From contig JBHHVD010000074.1 of the NCBI GenBank assembly GCA_046754105.1, positions 1-16,292 of the forward strand: a DNA stretch of 16,292 nt. Direction: 5' to 3'. Under the pieces are notes generated by a model. That model ran no database searches. It was not told the DNA's origin and saw nothing but the letters and a program-made list of their open reading frames with translations. Shown piece after piece: positions 15,036-16,292 of the stretch. The position numbers were made by a program, and so were the translations under genes. Position 1 is the first letter of the stretch; every line of letters starts with the position of its first letter. Origin of the DNA: Candidatus Krumholzibacteriia bacterium. Lineage in GTDB: Bacteria; Krumholzibacteriota; Krumholzibacteriia; WVZY01.

Positions 15036-16292
15036 ATGGCGCCCCGAACCGTCACGTTTCACTTCGAAAACCGCGCAATGGAGGGTGTTGAGGGCGAACC
15101 CATTGCCAAGGCTTTGTTTATCGCGGGTGTGCGCACGCTGTCGTGGAGCGTGAAGTACAAGCGCCCTCGAGGGATTCACTGCGCGCGCGGCCGCTGTGTC
15201 ATGTGTCACATGGAGGTGGACGGGGTCCCGGGGGTGCCGACGTGCATCACCCCGCTCGCGGGCGGCATGCGCGTACGCCGCGAGAACTTCAGGCCTTTCT
15301 TCGCTCCCTTGCTGATCTCGGCAGTACGCAGGCTCCGTTTTCCGGCGGGGTTCTACTACCGGATGTTCACCCGGCCCGGCTTCTTGAGGAAGATCTTCCT
15401 GGGCAGCCTGCGCCGTATGGCGGGCGTGGGGCGGGTGGTCACGGACGGCGTGACCGTCCGCGCCCGGGCCCGGCACTCCGTGCTGCGCGCGCCCGCGGAT
15501 TCGTACGACGTGGTGGTGGTCGGCGCGGGACTCTCCGGAATGTCGGCGGCGCTGTCGGCGGCAAACCGGGGTGTGAAGGTCCTGCTCGTCGACGAGTACA
15601 ACCTGCCGGGGGGACATTCGGTCGGGCACCTGACCGACTCCGAATTCGTCTCGCAGCGTGACCAGTGCATCGCGCAGGTGGAGGGCAATCCCGCCATCGA
15701 TTACTGCCCGCGTACAACCGCGCAGGCCTTTTACCCGCCCGACTCCCTGCTGCTCGGGACGGGTGGCGCGCTCGCCCCGCGGCAGGTCGCGGCCGAGGGG
15801 GCCGCGGAGCCCCGGCCACAGCGCGTCGTGTTGTCCGGCAGGATGAAAAGGGTGCGCGCGAGGACGTTCATCTTCGCCACCGGAGCCTACGACGTCGTTC
15901 CGGTTTTTGGGGACAACGACCGGGCCGGTATCTTCGGGCCGCGTGCCATCCGGCTGCTGCTCGAACGCGACCGCCTGATACCGGGACGACGCGCCGTCGT
16001 CTACGGTGTCGGCGACTCGCTGCGGGACGTCACTGCCCTGCTCGCCCACCATGGTGTAGAGATCGTCGCCGTCGTCGACGCCGAACCGAAACCCACCGGC
16101 GGCGCCCGCGTGCTGTCTCCCGGTACGCGCTGGATCCAGGCGGCCCGTGTCGTGGGGACGGGTGGAGGAGAATGTCATCGCGAAAGGGCAGACGCTGGCC
16201 GTCCGCAACAATATCGATACTGTCGAAGGGGAAGATCTCGAGGGCCTGGAGATAGAGCGGGAGGATCAGCTCCGGCGGCAGGGGGCCGCGGG
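15036..16292 (+). CDS. Sarcosine oxidase alpha / dye-linked proline dehydrogenase-like 2Fe-2S + FAD/NAD(P) oxidoreductase, partial (credible to about 16173)
   Basis: Not in the ORF track because there is no stop before the window end. My translation: MAPRTVTFHFENRAMEGVEGEPIAKALFIAGVRTLSWSVKYKRPRGIHCARGRCVMCHMEVDG...TC..., PAGFYYRMF, RRMAGVG, DVVVVGAGLSGMSAA...LLVDE, IFATGAYDVVPVFGDNDRAGI, PGRRAVVYG. Confidence 0.88.
   Translation, partial: MAPRTVTFHFENRAMEGVEGEPIAKALFIAGVRTLSWSVKYKRPRGIHCARGRCVMCHMEVDGVPGVPTCITPLAGGMRVRRENFRPFFAPLLISAVRRLRFPAGFYYRMFTRPGFLRKIFLGSLRRMAGVGRVVTDGVTVRARARHSVLRAPADSYDVVVVGAGLSGMSAALSAANRGVKVLLVDEYNLPGGHSVGHLTDSEFVSQRDQCIAQVEGNPAIDYCPRTTAQAFYPPDSLLLGTGGALAPRQVAAEGAAEPRPQRVVLSGRMKRVRARTFIFATGAYDVVPVFGDNDRAGIFGPRAIRLLLERDRLIPGRRAVVYGVGDSLRDVTALLAHHGVEIVAVVDAEPKPTGGARVLSPGTRWIQAARVVGTGGGECHRERADAGRPQQYRYCRRGRSRGPGDRAGGSAPAAGGRG

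Noticed and set aside
14937..16211. 424-aa minus-strand ORF (and plus-strand ORFs 15143-15661 and 15665-16255)
   Set aside because: The real gene is the plus-strand frame from 15036 with Fe-S and Rossmann motifs. These are its shadows or off-frame ORFs.
1..16292. Mobile element, defence island, prophage or RiPP cluster
   Set aside because: No integrase, transposase, nuclease, phage structural gene, precursor-like peptide or compositional break, apart from the last ~120 bp. The content looks like ordinary envelope and housekeeping chromosome.

Overview
GC-rich bacterial chromosomal window with about 13 protein-coding genes. I see no rRNA, tRNA, CRISPR array, integrase or transposase. A secreted protein with a 'QNxPNPFNP...GIYFYRL...KMMLLK' C-terminal domain suggests an FCB-group organism, possibly a high-GC candidate phylum (inference). 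Left to right: partial glpX (-), Zn-ribbon membrane protein (-), TPR lipoprotein (-), small TPR protein (-), M50 site-2 protease with CBS-like tail (-), secreted GH32-like glycosidase with a CBM-like module and T9SS-CTD/FlgD-Ig domain (+), class I SAM methyltransferase (-), outer-membrane beta-barrel (+), GT-C glycosyltransferase with TPRs (-), pyrE (+), GYF_2/TPR/membrane protein behind a good sigma54 promoter (-), a two-gene exported M16B peptidase whose non-catalytic subunit carries an extra ~200-aa domain (-), and a partial sarcosine-oxidase-alpha-like 2Fe-2S/flavoprotein (+). The supplied ORF track misses both edge genes. Several sigma70 promoters are readable, and three lie so close to SD-less ATGs that leaderless or near-leaderless translation is likely. 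The last ~120 bp look like a chimeric contig end. I cannot demonstrate a complete novel system. The best leads are the M16B fusion pair, the sigma54-driven GYF membrane protein, the unusual GH32-like enzyme and the TMTC-like GT-C.
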